From Macrostomum lignano (lineage: Eukaryota), in the NCBI GenBank assembly GCA_002269645.1, contig NIVC01000338.1, positions 1 through 64,000 on the forward strand: a stretch of 64,000 bases of DNA. Reading direction: 5' to 3'. The notes beneath the pieces were generated by a model. It was not told the origin of the DNA. It saw only the letters and a list, made by a program, of their open reading frames with translations, and made no database searches. The position numbers and the translations under genes were made by a program. The first letter of the stretch is position 1. Each line of letters begins with the position of its first letter. This document shows positions 43,433 through 55,600 of this stretch, one piece after another.

Positions 43433-46400
43433 ATGGCGACCACACTGGAGGAGCCTTTTAGTGCGTGAGACCGTTCTGAAACAGTTTCTGCCGAAAAAAG
43501 ATGAATTATGATTTCTGATCCTGCTGCGGCCAGCTGGTGCAGCCGGATTGAAAAATATTTTATGATTATCAGGAGATGAAAATGAGTTAAAAGAATTAAG
43601 ATGAGGGAATTAAGACAAAGCTGGCCTAGTGCCAACTGTAGCTCGGGTCCCATCAACACAAATACCGACACCTTCCAAATCCAGGTACCCAAACAACCAT
43701 TCAGATACCCAAGCACTAATACAGGCACCCAAACACCCATCCAGGTACCCAAACACGCATCCAGGCACCCAAAAACCCATCCAGGCACCCAAACACCCAC
43801 CCAGGTACCGAAAAATACCCACTCAGGTGCCCAAACACCTATCCAGGTAACCAAAACATCCATCTAGGTACCCAAACACCCATCCAGGTACCCAAACACC
43901 CATCCAGGTACCAAAAAACTCACCCGCAGTGTCCAAAGGCGAGCTCGCCCTGCACGAGGCGGCCCGCACAGGCAAGGAGGCCCGTCTGGAGGAGCTGCTG
44001 ACGATCGTGAAGGTGGACTGTCGCAACAACCTGAACCGCACAGCGCTGCACATGGCGGCCAGCAAGGGCCAGACGGGGGCTGTCCGAGTCCTGCTCGAAT
44101 ACAAGGCCGGCATCGAGCTGGCCGACAAGTACGGCATGACCGCCTTGATGTGGGCGACCTACTTCGGCCACATCGAAGTTGTAGAACTGCTGCTGGAACG
44201 GTCGGCCAGCGTCAAGAAACGAAACAAGCTCGGCATGCACGCGCTGCACATCGCGGCCGACCAGAACAACTGCGAGCTGGTGCGGCTATACCTCACCAAG
44301 ACTAAGAAGAGCATCCTGAATGACACCGAGAAGGTGACAGTGGAGTTGCTTTAAATATCGACTGTAATGTTTAGACATTGATTTCAATATTATCGCTCCT
44401 TTCTGTAGAACGGCCAGACGGCTCTGATGATTGCGGCTGGAAAAGGCAACATTGAGGTTGTGCAACTGCTGCTGAGCTATCCGGAGGTTGATCTGATGGT
44501 CAAGGACGCTGTGAGTTTCTGCATCGTTGCAGGCTCTCCAATCAGGAAGACACTTGTAACGCTAGTCGTAACGCATTGACAAAGGGGTGGGAGTGAGTAT
44601 GGACTGGGAGTAGGGAGGGGCAGGGAGTGAGGAGGGGCAGGGAGTGAGGAGGGGCAGGGAGTGAGGAGGCGCAGGGAGTGAGGAGGGGCAGGGAGTGAGG
44701 AGGGGCAGGGAGTGAGGAGGGGCAGGGAGTGAGGAGGGCAGGGAGTGAGGAGGGGCAGGGAGTGAGGAGGGGCAGGGAGTGAGGAGGGGCAGGGAGTGAG
44801 GAGGGGCAGGGAGTGAGGAGGGGCAGGGAGTGAGGAGGGGCAGGGAGTGAGGAGGGGCTGGGAGTGAGGAGGGGCAGGGAGTGAGGAGGGGCAGGGAGTG
44901 AGGAGGGGCAGGGAGTGAGGAGGGGCAGGGAGTGAGGAGGGGCAGGGAGTGAGGAGGGGCAGGGAGTGAGGAGGGGCAGGGAGTGAGGAGGGGCAGGGAG
45001 TGAGGAGGGGCAGGGAGTGAGGAGGGGCAGGGAGTGAGGAGGGGCAGGGAGTGAGGAGGGCAGGGAGTGAGGAGGGGCAGGGAGTGAGGAGGGGCAGGGA
45101 GTGAGGAGGGGCAGGGAGTGAGGAGGGGCAGGGAGTGAGGAGGGGCAGGGAGTGAGGAGGGGCAGGGAGTGAGGAGGGGCAGGGAGTGAGGAGGGGCAGG
45201 GAGTGAGGAGGGGCAGGGAGTGAGGAGGGGCAGGGAGTGAGGAGGGGCAGGGAGTGAGGAGGGGCAGGGAGTGAGGAGGGGCAGGGAGTGAGGAGGGGCA
45301 GGGAGTGAGGAGGGCAGGGAGTGAGGAGGGGCAGGGAGTGAGGAGGGCAGGGAGTGAGGAGGGGCAGGGAGTGAGGAGGGGTAGGGAGTGAGGTGGGTAT
45401 GAAATAATAACTACCCAATAAATAACAATCGCTCCAGAAAAAGATGACGGCACTGCATCTGGCAGCGGAGAACGGATGCGCCAAGGTGCTAGAAGAGCTG
45501 CTCCGGGAGGTGTACAAGCTGCGGGACCTGGTGAACGAGAAGGACGAAAGTGAGCGAATCCCGCTGCACTACGCGGTTGAAAAGGGCCACATCGGGGCGA
45601 TCCGCTGCCTGCTGACCCACGGCAGCGAGGTGAACGCCACCGCTGAGGTAGGGAAGCCTTTCATAGCCCAATCTGAGTTATTTTATTGATACAACTCCAC
45701 CTTCAGAGTGAATAAATTTCAGCGCGAAATGACGGCTTTCCACCTGGCCGCTGTCAAGGGTCACATGGACGTGCTCAAATACCTCAAAGAGCACGGCGCC
45801 AACGTGAACGCTCTGAACCTTGTGAGTTCTAACTCGCTTTCTGAAAATAATCTTTTATAAAAATCAGAAGCTGATACAGTAATAACGGTATGACTGAGTC
45901 TCAGCCGCAACACAGGAATGAGGCTGAGGTGAAGAATTAGTACTGTCCAATTCATTCCTATGGCCACTGATAATGATACTGATTTTGTAGTGATTTCCCC
46001 TCTCCCTCTCTCCCCTTCTCTTTCTTCCCTCTGCCTCTCTACACCTCCCTTTCTCTCCTCTCCCTCTCTCCCCTTCTCTTTCTTCCCTCTGCCTATCTAC
46101 CCCCCCCCTTTCTCTCCTCTCCCTGTCTTATCCCATCCCTTTCTCCCCAGTCTCCCTCTCTACCCCCTCTCCATCTCTCCCTCTCTCTTCCTCTTTCTCC
46201 CTCTCTCTCCCTCTCTTCCTCTCCCTCTCTCTCTCTCTCTCTTCCTCTCTCCCTCTCTCTCCTCTCTCTCCCTCTCTTCCTCTCCCTCTCTCTCCCTCTC
46301 TTCCTCTCCCTCTCTCTCCCTCTCTCTCCCTCTCTCTCCTCTCTCCCTCTCTCTCCCTCTCTTCCTCTCCCTCTCTCTCCCTCTCTTCCTCTCCCTCTCT

Positions 46401-49400
46401 CTCCCTCTCTTCCTCTCCCTCTCTCTCCCTCTCTCTCCCTCTCTCTCCCTCTCTCTCCCTCTCTTCCTCTCCCTCTCTCCCTCTCTCTCCTCTCTCTCCC
46501 TCTCTTCCTCTCCCTCTCTCTCCCTCTCTTCCTCTCCCTCTCTCTCCCTCTCTTCCTCTCCCTCTCTCTCCCTCTCTTCCTCTCCCTCTCTCCCTCTCTC
46601 TCCCTCTCTCTCCCTCTCTTCCTCTCCCTCTCTCTCCCTCTCTTCTCTCTTCCTCTCCCTCTCTCTCCCTCTCTCTCCCTCTCTCCCTCTCTCGAAGTGG
46701 TCGCCCAGCCAGACTCTCCGCCTCATCCCTGAAATCCCCAGACGCACAGCACTGCTCTGCACTACGCCGCTCTAAACGACAGCGCGGAGCAAATCTTCAC
46801 CTTGGTGAGCCTGGGCTGCGAGACCTCCCTGCCCAACAACGTGAGCACACCGATTGCAGTCGCAAATTTCAGTTTAATAAAAGAATCATCAAAGCCCAGG
46901 CAAGCTCAGCCGTGCTTTAATCCCGACCCGCTCTCGTCTCCAGCGCAACCAGACTCCGCTTCATCTGGCCGTGGAGCAGAACAAGCCGAATGCTGCTGAG
47001 GCGCTGCTGTTGTGCGACGCCCCATCAACGTGCGAGACAAGGTGAGCCGCTGCCCCCCCCCCATGACTGCGGCGCTCCGGCAAGCCGGCAGTTAAAACTT
47101 ATTCCTACAAGAGCGCTGTTGTAAAAGTGCACAGTCTACTTCAGATTTTAATCTGCCATAAATCATATTGGCAACACTAAGAATATAACAGAATAGAATA
47201 GAATAGAATAGAATAGAATAGAATAGAATAGAATAGAATAGAATAGAATAGAATAGAATAGAATAGAATAGAATAGAATAGAATAGAATAGAATAGAATA
47301 GAATAGAATAGAATAGAATAGAATAGAATAGAATAGAATAGAATAGAATAGAATAGAATAGAATAGAATAGAATAGAATAGAATAGAATAGAATAGAATA
47401 GAATAGAATAGAATAGAATAGAATAGAATAGAATAGAATAGAATAGAATAGAATAGAATAGAATAGAATAGAATAGAATAGAATAGAATAGAATAGAATA
47501 GAATAGAATAGAATAGAATAGAATAGAATAGAATAGAATAGAATAGAATAGAATAGAGACTAGAATAGCTAGTCAGCTAGTTTGGTAGCCGTTCCGTCTA
47601 AAATTTTTATTTTTTATTTTTTTAGTCAAGGCCTGCAGCCTGCAACAACCAATCAACAGCGAGTGACCTTGAGTATTGTTCAGTACGCATTCCCACCAAT
47701 AATCCCACCAACATTCCAGACCGGGAAAACCCCCCTCATCCTGGCCACGAGAGGCAGCTACATCAGCATGGTGGACATGATTATCAAGGCCGAGAGATAC
47801 AGGGAGAGGAAAAAGGTCAGAAGCTGACGGGAGTTGCATAATTATCGCTTTACTTTCTAAAAGTACATTTTGCTCACCGCTTGGGTTGGCCGACTGCTTT
47901 CAAAAAACAAATAATTACTTCTCGCCTACTAACTCTTCTCTAGCTAAAATCTTAAAACCCGTCTTTTAGACAAGAACAGCTTTGCTGCATAAGCTTAGAG
48001 CAAATCGGGTAAGCCGAACCCCCTCACTTGGAGGAGTTGTGAATCAGTTAATACGAGGGAAGGTATTCGCATGACTCTCGCATATTATTGCACGAATACA
48101 TTTTTGTGGTTTAGTCACATCCATGTGACTGGCTACGGTTCGTTTTCTGCCAATCACTGACCAAGCTTATAATAGGATCTAGAAGAACGTAACATTCAAC
48201 CTCTGTTCCGAGAGGCATTAGCATGATTTTCGAGTGACCTTGGAGGGAATTCCCAACTTGCACCCACCTCCCTGCTTCACTGTACAAGAAAGGATGGAAA
48301 CAACAAGACATGCACGAGAGTGGCCTTGGGAATCCCCGACCGTCTCCACCGACAGTCAAAACAAATTAATTTGCGCCATTGGCTCAGAGTCGTCACGTGA
48401 CTGCAGGGAACTCCGGAGGGGCGACAAAAGCACAAGGAAGAAGCACAAAAGAACTGCACTGTAGCATTTTGCCCATCTCCCTAGTGTATCAAGGATCAAT
48501 GATACGAGCTACATTCCAGGGTGTTACGTTCTTCTAATAAACAAAGTGCTTCAAGTGTGGTTTCTTGCTTATTACGTCTCGTCATAGCTTTTAGTGAAAA
48601 GCTTTTTACAACTCGATTTAGACCACCAGTAAAGCCGCATAACAGTAAGGCAGAGGTTCAACACACCGACACCATCGTGTGTCTCTGCTTCGAGCTTATA
48701 GCTTAGAGCGCAACCGCACCATTCATTCAAGTTCGACTATCAACCCTTGAGGTTTGGACACTTCATGCGACTCCCCGCAGCCTCGAAGGTGCTTTTTAGT
48801 AGTTGTTATAGAATCCTTTTTACTCACGTTGTTAAATAAAGTTTGAAATATTAAGATAGATTTTGTTTAAATCATTATAACAATCGCTTATGCTCAGTAT
48901 CCCACTCCCTGTTAGGCAAGTCGCTGAAAATTTTGCTTTCAATTTTCAAAGTTCCTGTAACTTTTGGTTTGTTGGTAAATATAACTGTGAGCATGCTCAA
49001 CTAGTTTGCTTCAGTTTAGCTCGTAGTTTGTAATGGGGTGAAGGCTGCCATGGTCTATTTTACATTTCTGACTTAGGATTTCGCAGAGTTCGTATTATAT
49101 AATAATTACGCAATCAAAAGATATAATAAAAATTAGTTAATTCTATTCGATAAAATTTTATTCCACTCAGGACGCTTGTTTTTTAAATAAATGTATATAA
49201 CTCTGCAAAGCCTACTTGCATAGGTTAGTGAGTAGTATGATGCATTATGTAAGCACTTTTAACGTTTTTATTTACTTTGTAAGGGACGTGTATAAAATTG
49301 AATGAGTGAGGGGTATTGGAGCTGGGGTATTGGAACTGGGGTATTGGAGCTGGGGTATTGGAGCTGGGGTATTGGAACTGGGGTTTTGGAGCTGGGGTAT

Positions 49401-51459
49401 TGGAGCTGGAGTATTGGAGCTGGGGTATTGGAGCTGGGGTATTGGAGCTGGGGTATTGGAACTGGGGTTTTGGAGCTGGAGTATTGGAGCTGGGGTATTG
49501 GAGCTGGAGTATTGGAGCTGGAGTATTGGAGCGGGGGTATTGGAGCTGGAGTATTGGAGCTGGGGTATTGGAGCTGGGTATTGGAGCGGGGGTATTGGAG
49601 CTGGAGTATTGGAGCTGAGGTATTGGAGCGGGGGTATTGGAGCTGGAGTATTGGAGCTGGGGTATTGGAGCGGGGGTATTGGAGCTGGAGTATTGGAGCT
49701 GGGGTATTGGAGCTGGGGTATTAGAGCTAATGTCATTGAAGAAATGTTTGAGTTAATCTAATTGAAATGCTCAATAAAAATGAAATTAGTTCGAAACCCT
49801 TGACCCCTCAGCGTCAGCAGAGCGGCGAGGCCAAGCACCCGACGGCGCTGGTGGACCAGCTGGACTCCGATGGCGCGGTGTACAAGCCGGCAGACTACGA
49901 GAACCGCATCAACATCAACGAGCCCACTGAGGAGGAGCTGGAGCAGGAGATCTCCGCTGATGACGCGATGCACAACGGCACCGTGCCGACCTACCGGTTG
50001 CGGGAGTTTCAGCAGCCTTACGCCGAGGAGTTCAAGCAGTACCTGTGGAAGCTGGCCTTCAAGCACCTGCGCCAGAACGAGTGGAAAAAACTGGCTGCGT
50101 TCTGGCAATTCAAGACGGAGCACGTGGAGGCCATCGAGCATCAGTACACTGGTGGGCTGAGCAAGGATGTTGGGACAGGGGGCTGATCAAGGATGTTGGG
50201 ACAGGGGGCTGATCAAAGATGTTAGGACAGGGGGCTGATCAAGAATGTTAGGACAGGGGGCTGATCAAAGATGTTGGGACAGGGGGCTGATCAAAGATGT
50301 TAGGACAGGGGACTGATCAAGGATGTTGGGACAGGGACTGATCAAGGATGTTGGGACAGGGAGCTGATCAAGGATGTTGGGACAGGGGGCTGATCAAGAA
50401 TGTTGGGACAGGGGGCTGATCAAAGATGTTAGGACAGGGGCCTGATCAAGGATGTTAGGACAGGGGGCTGATCAAGGATGTTGGGACAGGGGGCGATCAA
50501 GGATGTTGGGACAGGGGGCTGATCAAGGATGTTGGGACAGGGGGCTGATCAAGGATGTTAGGACAGGGGGCTGATCAAGGATGTTGGGATAGGGGGCTGA
50601 TCAAGGATGTTGGGACAGGGACTGATCAAGGATGTTGGGACAGGGGGCTGATCAAGGATGTTGGGACAGGGGGCTGATCAAGGATGTTGGGACAGGGGGC
50701 TGATCAAGAATGTTGGGACAGGGGGCTGATCAAGGATGTTGGGACAGGGGCCTGATCAAGAATGTTGGGATAGGGGCCTGATCAAGCATGTTGGGACAGG
50801 GGACTGATCAAGGATGTTGGGACAGGGACTGATCAAGGATGTTGGGACAGGGGGCTGATCAAGGATGTTGGGACAGGGACTGATCAAGGATGTTGGGACA
50901 GGGGGCTGATCAAGGATGTTGGGACAGGGGGCTGATCAAGGTTGTTGGGACAGGCGGTTGATCAAAGATGTTGGGACAGGGGACTGATCAATGATGTTGG
51001 GACAGGGGGCTGATCAAGGATGTTGGTACAGGGGGCTGAGCAAGGATGTTGGGACAGGGGGTTGATCAAGGATGTTGGGACAGGGGGCTGATCAAGGATG
51101 TTGGGACAGGGGGCTGAGCAAGGATGTTGGGACAGGGAGGGTTGATCAAGGATTTTGGGACATGGGGCTGATCAAGGATTTTCATTCAAATAATATTAAC
51201 GCATTAGTTTACCCTCGCCCATAATCCACCAGACGAGAGCAGCTACAAGCAGCACGGTTACCGAGTGCTGTGCATCTGGTTCCACGGCGTGGACCGGCAG
51301 GACACGCCCATCCGGGAGCTCTACGAAGCCCTGGCCAGCATCGGCAGGCGGCCTCTGGCCGAAAAGGTCCGCCGCCAGCTGGATCGCAGCGCCGTCCAGG
51401 CCTACCCCGGCGCCGGGAGGGGCGCGGCAGGTGACGTCCGGCGCTGCTCTTTGCAGTGA
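43433..51459 (+). CDS. ANKDD1A: Ankyrin repeat and death domain protein (ANKDD1-like). Exons 43433-43460 (or 43422-43464), 43930-44333, 44409-44510, 45438-45647, 45723-45821, 46742-46840, 46944-47041 (1 nt short), 47720-47815, 49812-50151, 51233-51459
   Basis: Serial ankyrin motifs (ALHEAA, TALHMAA, TALMWA, TPLHLAV, TPLILA) in phase-0 exons of about 33 aa; SMVDMIIKAERY; death domain LWKLAFKHLRQNEWKKLAAFWQF..EHVEAIEHQYT..SYKQHGYRVLCIWFHG..LYEALASIGRRPLAE. One C is missing from a C-run near 47020. Confidence 0.92.
43675..43920. repeat. About 20-bp minisatellite CCAAACACCCATCCAGGTAC (ANKDD1 intron 1)
   Basis: About 12 diverged copies ending at the exon-2 acceptor. Confidence 0.9.
44585..45395. 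repeat. 17-bp G-rich minisatellite GGGGCAGGGAGTGAGGA (ANKDD1 intron)
   Basis: About 47 copies. Confidence 0.97.
45995..46692. repeat. Polypyrimidine (CT-rich) tract (ANKDD1 intron)
   Basis: Direct observation. Confidence 0.95.
47188..47557. repeat. (AATAG)n microsatellite
   Basis: Near-perfect array of about 74 units. Confidence 0.98.
49308..49725. repeat. About 14-bp minisatellite GGAGCTGGGGTATT (ANKDD1 intron)
   Basis: Tandem copies. Confidence 0.95.
50153..51180. repeat. 26-bp minisatellite GGGACAGGGGGCTGATCAAGGATGTT (ANKDD1 last intron)
   Basis: About 39 copies starting at the donor site. Confidence 0.97.
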
Positions 51460-51639
51460 CGTCATAGCGTCCACGACTCGGTTTCTTATTGGCTGAGAGA
51501 CTGTGACCAATCATATTTAAGCTACCAGCACATTTCAACAGCCAATCAGCAACGAATTGAATACTCGATGAAGTTGACTGTCTCTAATTGGCTGGGAAGT
51601 CTCTGAACCAATCGGGTTTCGGATTGTGGCGTGACGTCA
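51457..51639. promoter_or_regulatory. Cluster of 5 CCAAT (NF-Y-type) boxes and 2 CRE sites at the ANKDD1 stop
   Basis: TGACGTCA at 51457 and 51632; CCAAT/ATTGG at 51488, 51507, 51542, 51587 and 51608, all in RRCCAAT context. Confidence 0.35.
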
Positions 51640-52435
51640 ATTGATTGCGTCATCGCTCACGCACTATGCACGAAGCTTCTGTTTAATTATCTTCTGTCTT
51701 CCACACTGCGAATTAACCAAACTGAAAGAATCAGAATGCTTCAGTAAGTAGGGTGTATTACAATATTTTGTACCTATTTGTTAATTAACCATTATTCCTA
51801 ATTTAATACTAAACAAGCAAAAACTATGTATATTTCTGTTTACCTACTCAAGCCACGTTACTCGAGCACTTTTACCAGTACAAAAAGCACTTTTGAAAGC
51901 TTTGAATAGCTGAATAATTGCTGCCCAGAATCTATCCAGTATTCGCCACACTGTGCCCAAAAACTTGTCCCTCCTCGCATGTTCAACATTTTAATCGCGA
52001 AATGAACAATATTGTTATTTCTACAGCCAATGCACCGCTTCTCAAATACAAAACCACAACTGCCGTCATCTATGAATTAGTTGGACGCTTTTACCAGAAT
52101 TTAACAAATTCGCTTTCCTTGTATTATTATAGAAGTTCAAAATCAAACTGCGGTCGCTCAAAATAGCATTGAATGTGCATTGACGCAGAAAAGCAAGTGC
52201 AAGTAGGGAATAGAAATGAATATAGAGAAACTAAAATTTTATTACATTTATTACATTCTTACAAATCTACAAATCTATTATAACCCATGGTGGACACTCA
52301 ATAAGATCATTGTGGACGACGTAAAATCAGCGCTAAAATAGCAGAGTGATATAAGAGCTAAGAAGCTATCAAGATGCTTCATAAAATGTCTTACATCAGC
52401 TCAGATTTTCAGCATAAGCATCACAAAAGTATCAC

Positions 52436-52628
52436 TTAGCATCACTCAGCATCCCCCGGCATCCCCCAGCATCACTCAGCATCCCCCAGCATCACCCAGC
52501 ATCCCCCAGCATCACCCAGCATCACCCAGTATCACCCAGCATCACCCAGCATCACCCAGCATCACCCAGCTTCACCCAGCATCACCCAGAATCACCCAGC
52601 ATCACCCAGCATCACCCAGCATCCCCCA
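52436..52628. repeat. 10-bp minisatellite CAGCATCACC
   Basis: Abuts the AChR stop codon. Confidence 0.9.
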
Positions 52629-52633
52629 GTCTC

Positions 52634-55600
52634 CTACATCGGTCCCAGTCTGCAGCCGACGCCGCAGCTGTGCGCGGAGCCACCGCACGGCGGACTGCGG
52701 ACGGTCTGCACCCGGGCGGGAATAAACAGCAGGATGAAGGTGGCGATGAGGACCAGGTAGGTCACGAAGAACAGGCGGTCCAGCACCCGGGCCAGTGTCC
52801 GCCACTCCATGGAGATCACGTTGGCCGCATCGCTGGCCTTCTTCTTGCCGAGGAACATCCTGATGAGCCGGCTGATCTCCTGCAGATCCTCCTCAACATG
52901 CGGCGGGCAACCCAGCAGCAAACCGACGTGCGGCATCCGTCGGCTGGAGTCGCCAACGGCCGCCCAGGCCTTGCGAACTCCCAGAAGGCCGCTGCCGCTG
53001 CCGCGGTGATTCGCCGTCGACGACTCCGCGATACGAAAGTTGCGACACTTGGTGATGCCGCCGCCGCCGCCGCCGCCGTGACCACCGGCTGAGCAGCCGG
53101 ATGGACCCGCGACGCTTCCCGACACTGCAAACGTCGCCGCCGATGACGCTGCCGCAGATGTCGACGGCAACGCGGCAGCAGCCGATACTCCCGCGGCCTG
53201 GCCGGCAGAGTCGGCGCTGCCGCGCCGCTGCACCGGGTCATTGGGCGGCGGGGCCCGGCAGCGGACCAGCAGCAGGCAGCCGAGGCCCTCGATCATGATC
53301 TGCAGACGGAGGGTGGGGAAATGTCTTACTTTCTACTCACTCAAGTAGTGTCTCTGGAGGCTTTCTGGCCGGACATCTCGTAAGAAGAATCATCAGGACG
53401 TCTGATAGCAGCGCCCGGTCGGGCTATCGAGTGGGAACTTCTGGCGACACACAACTCAGCAGGAAATTTAATCAAGGAAGAGAAGATCAAGGGAGACGCG
53501 CCTTAGCTGCAGGGCGGTCCGAAGACGCAGCGGGGAGGCGAGCGTCGCCCATTCCGCTAAAGGAGACGCGCCGCGTCAAAAGAAAGTTCAGGCTCTGTAG
53601 TGAGGTTTGAAAGACAAGAATAAGCCGGGCACTGCATAGTACGAGCTCAGATTGACGGCAAGCCAGGATTCGGGCTTGAAAGTTGCTCATTTGAGCTCAA
53701 ATCCTAACCGGATGGATGCGGAGTGCAGCAGCTAACCAGTCTCCCGACTCGGGCTCACTGGATAATGATGATCGCCTCATCTCAGATGGAGCGCGCCTCT
53801 ATGTAAGCGCAGCAAGAAACGAGCGAGAGGAACTGCACTAATGATTAATCCGCCGCCCCGCCCCGCTGTGAGGCCGGCCGGTCCACCTGAGGGCACGATG
53901 GCCCATGCGGGCGGTGATTGGGAAATCGATGACAACAAGAGGACAGCAGCAGGGCTGAAGTGGGCCGGACGAGGCGACAGAGAAAGGAGCCCGAGCCTAC
54001 AAAGGTGGGGGGGGGGATCTGCGCCAGGCTCCTAATTCTTCTTTATGCCGGCCCATTCACTGCCTCCTCTCTCCATCCCCGCCGTGCAGTTCCTCCTTTA
54101 TGCCGCCCAGCCTCGTCAATCTCGCCGGGAGGAAGCCTCCCCGATGCCTCTCCGCCCCCCCTCCCACCGTCTCCCTTTCTGACTCGGCGGCGTCTCGCGC
54201 TAGTGAAAGCCAGGAAAAAGGCGAAGTCGGCTCGAGCTGGATGGAGGGAGGAAAGCCTTTGAGGAGAGGCCGAGAGCGGATGCGACCGGCGCGATGGCCG
54301 AGCACGAGAGAGGAAGGTGGCGAAGCGAAGCTCGGCAATCACGGAGAGGCGGACGGGGTGGGGCAGGTAGGGGCAATAATTCACTTTGCCGCCATTCCCC
54401 GAAGCAACGGGAAATGATAGAGACGCCAACTTTGTTCCGGGAGGGCAGACTCCGGCGAGTTGCGACTTTCTGAGTTCCGAATATCACAGGGCTGCATCGT
54501 GCCAGCTATCGGATCGCTCCCGCATCAGCTCTGCTTCCGGGAAACGTGGGGGAAGGAATAACATGGCGCGCTAATCTGTGAGCTGGTCACCGACAAGCCT
54601 GATGACATCGCTTTGGTAAAACTTTCGGTTCAAAGCTCTCATAACATCATAATCTATGCTATTTTCATCTTCATAGCGATAATAGAAGGGCCGGAGGGTT
54701 GTCGTGCAACTCACAACCGTAAGGGCCAACCAAGGCACAGAGTGTGTACATGCCTGAAATTAGAAAGTCAGGGCTGCTTTACTCGTACACCCTGTGTGAG
54801 CCCTTTTTGTGCTCAATAGTCAGCTGAATGTGCAGAATTCAGAATTGCTTCAGCGCTAGGACCGATGTCGCCGAAGACGTTGCGTCAGGGTGCCCACAAC
54901 TCTTCTGCGAATATTTACATTATCATTTACGGGGACTATGAGGCTGAAACTTTGGACTATGGGACACAAAAATAACCTTCTCAGATTACCGTAGTACTCC
55001 ATTCTATTTTATATGAGTTCTAAATGTACAATACCGAAAGGCCATCAGGAGAGGCCAAAAGGACATCTTATTTTGAAAATGCTGCATTACGAGCGTAGGA
55101 ATTAAATCTATTTAAATTTTTAAATGAAGTGATGCAGTTTCCGATTTTTATTAAAATGCAGGCTGCCCCATAGGAGGCTGTTCTCTGCTCCTCTCCCAAG
55201 CTTTCTTCATCTGCAAGAGTGGCAGCCACAGCCGGGCAACGACGGGAATTCGTGATCCCAGTTTTTGTCCTGAATAGGCAGGAGAAGCCGTTAAACTCGG
55301 CAGCCTCCTCGGTAGCCGGGTTTGAGGCGCCGGTTTTAAGCGGCAGAGATTCAGCGGGCAGTGAAAGTTGAGGAGAGCTGCAGGGAAGTCTCGGGGACAC
55401 CGCTGCCTCCTTCATGCCGAGTCGTGAGCGACAGGAAGCAGGTCTGGGAGAAGCCGAGGGAAGACGGGAGGGAAACTGAAAATAGCAGGGAGAGGAAAAT
55501 AGATGAGGTCAACTCACGCGTCTCAGCAGAGGTGGCATCGGACCGCTTTTGCCGCCGTTAAAGTGCAGATTAACGATAATTGTGACTAGAAAAGTCGAGA

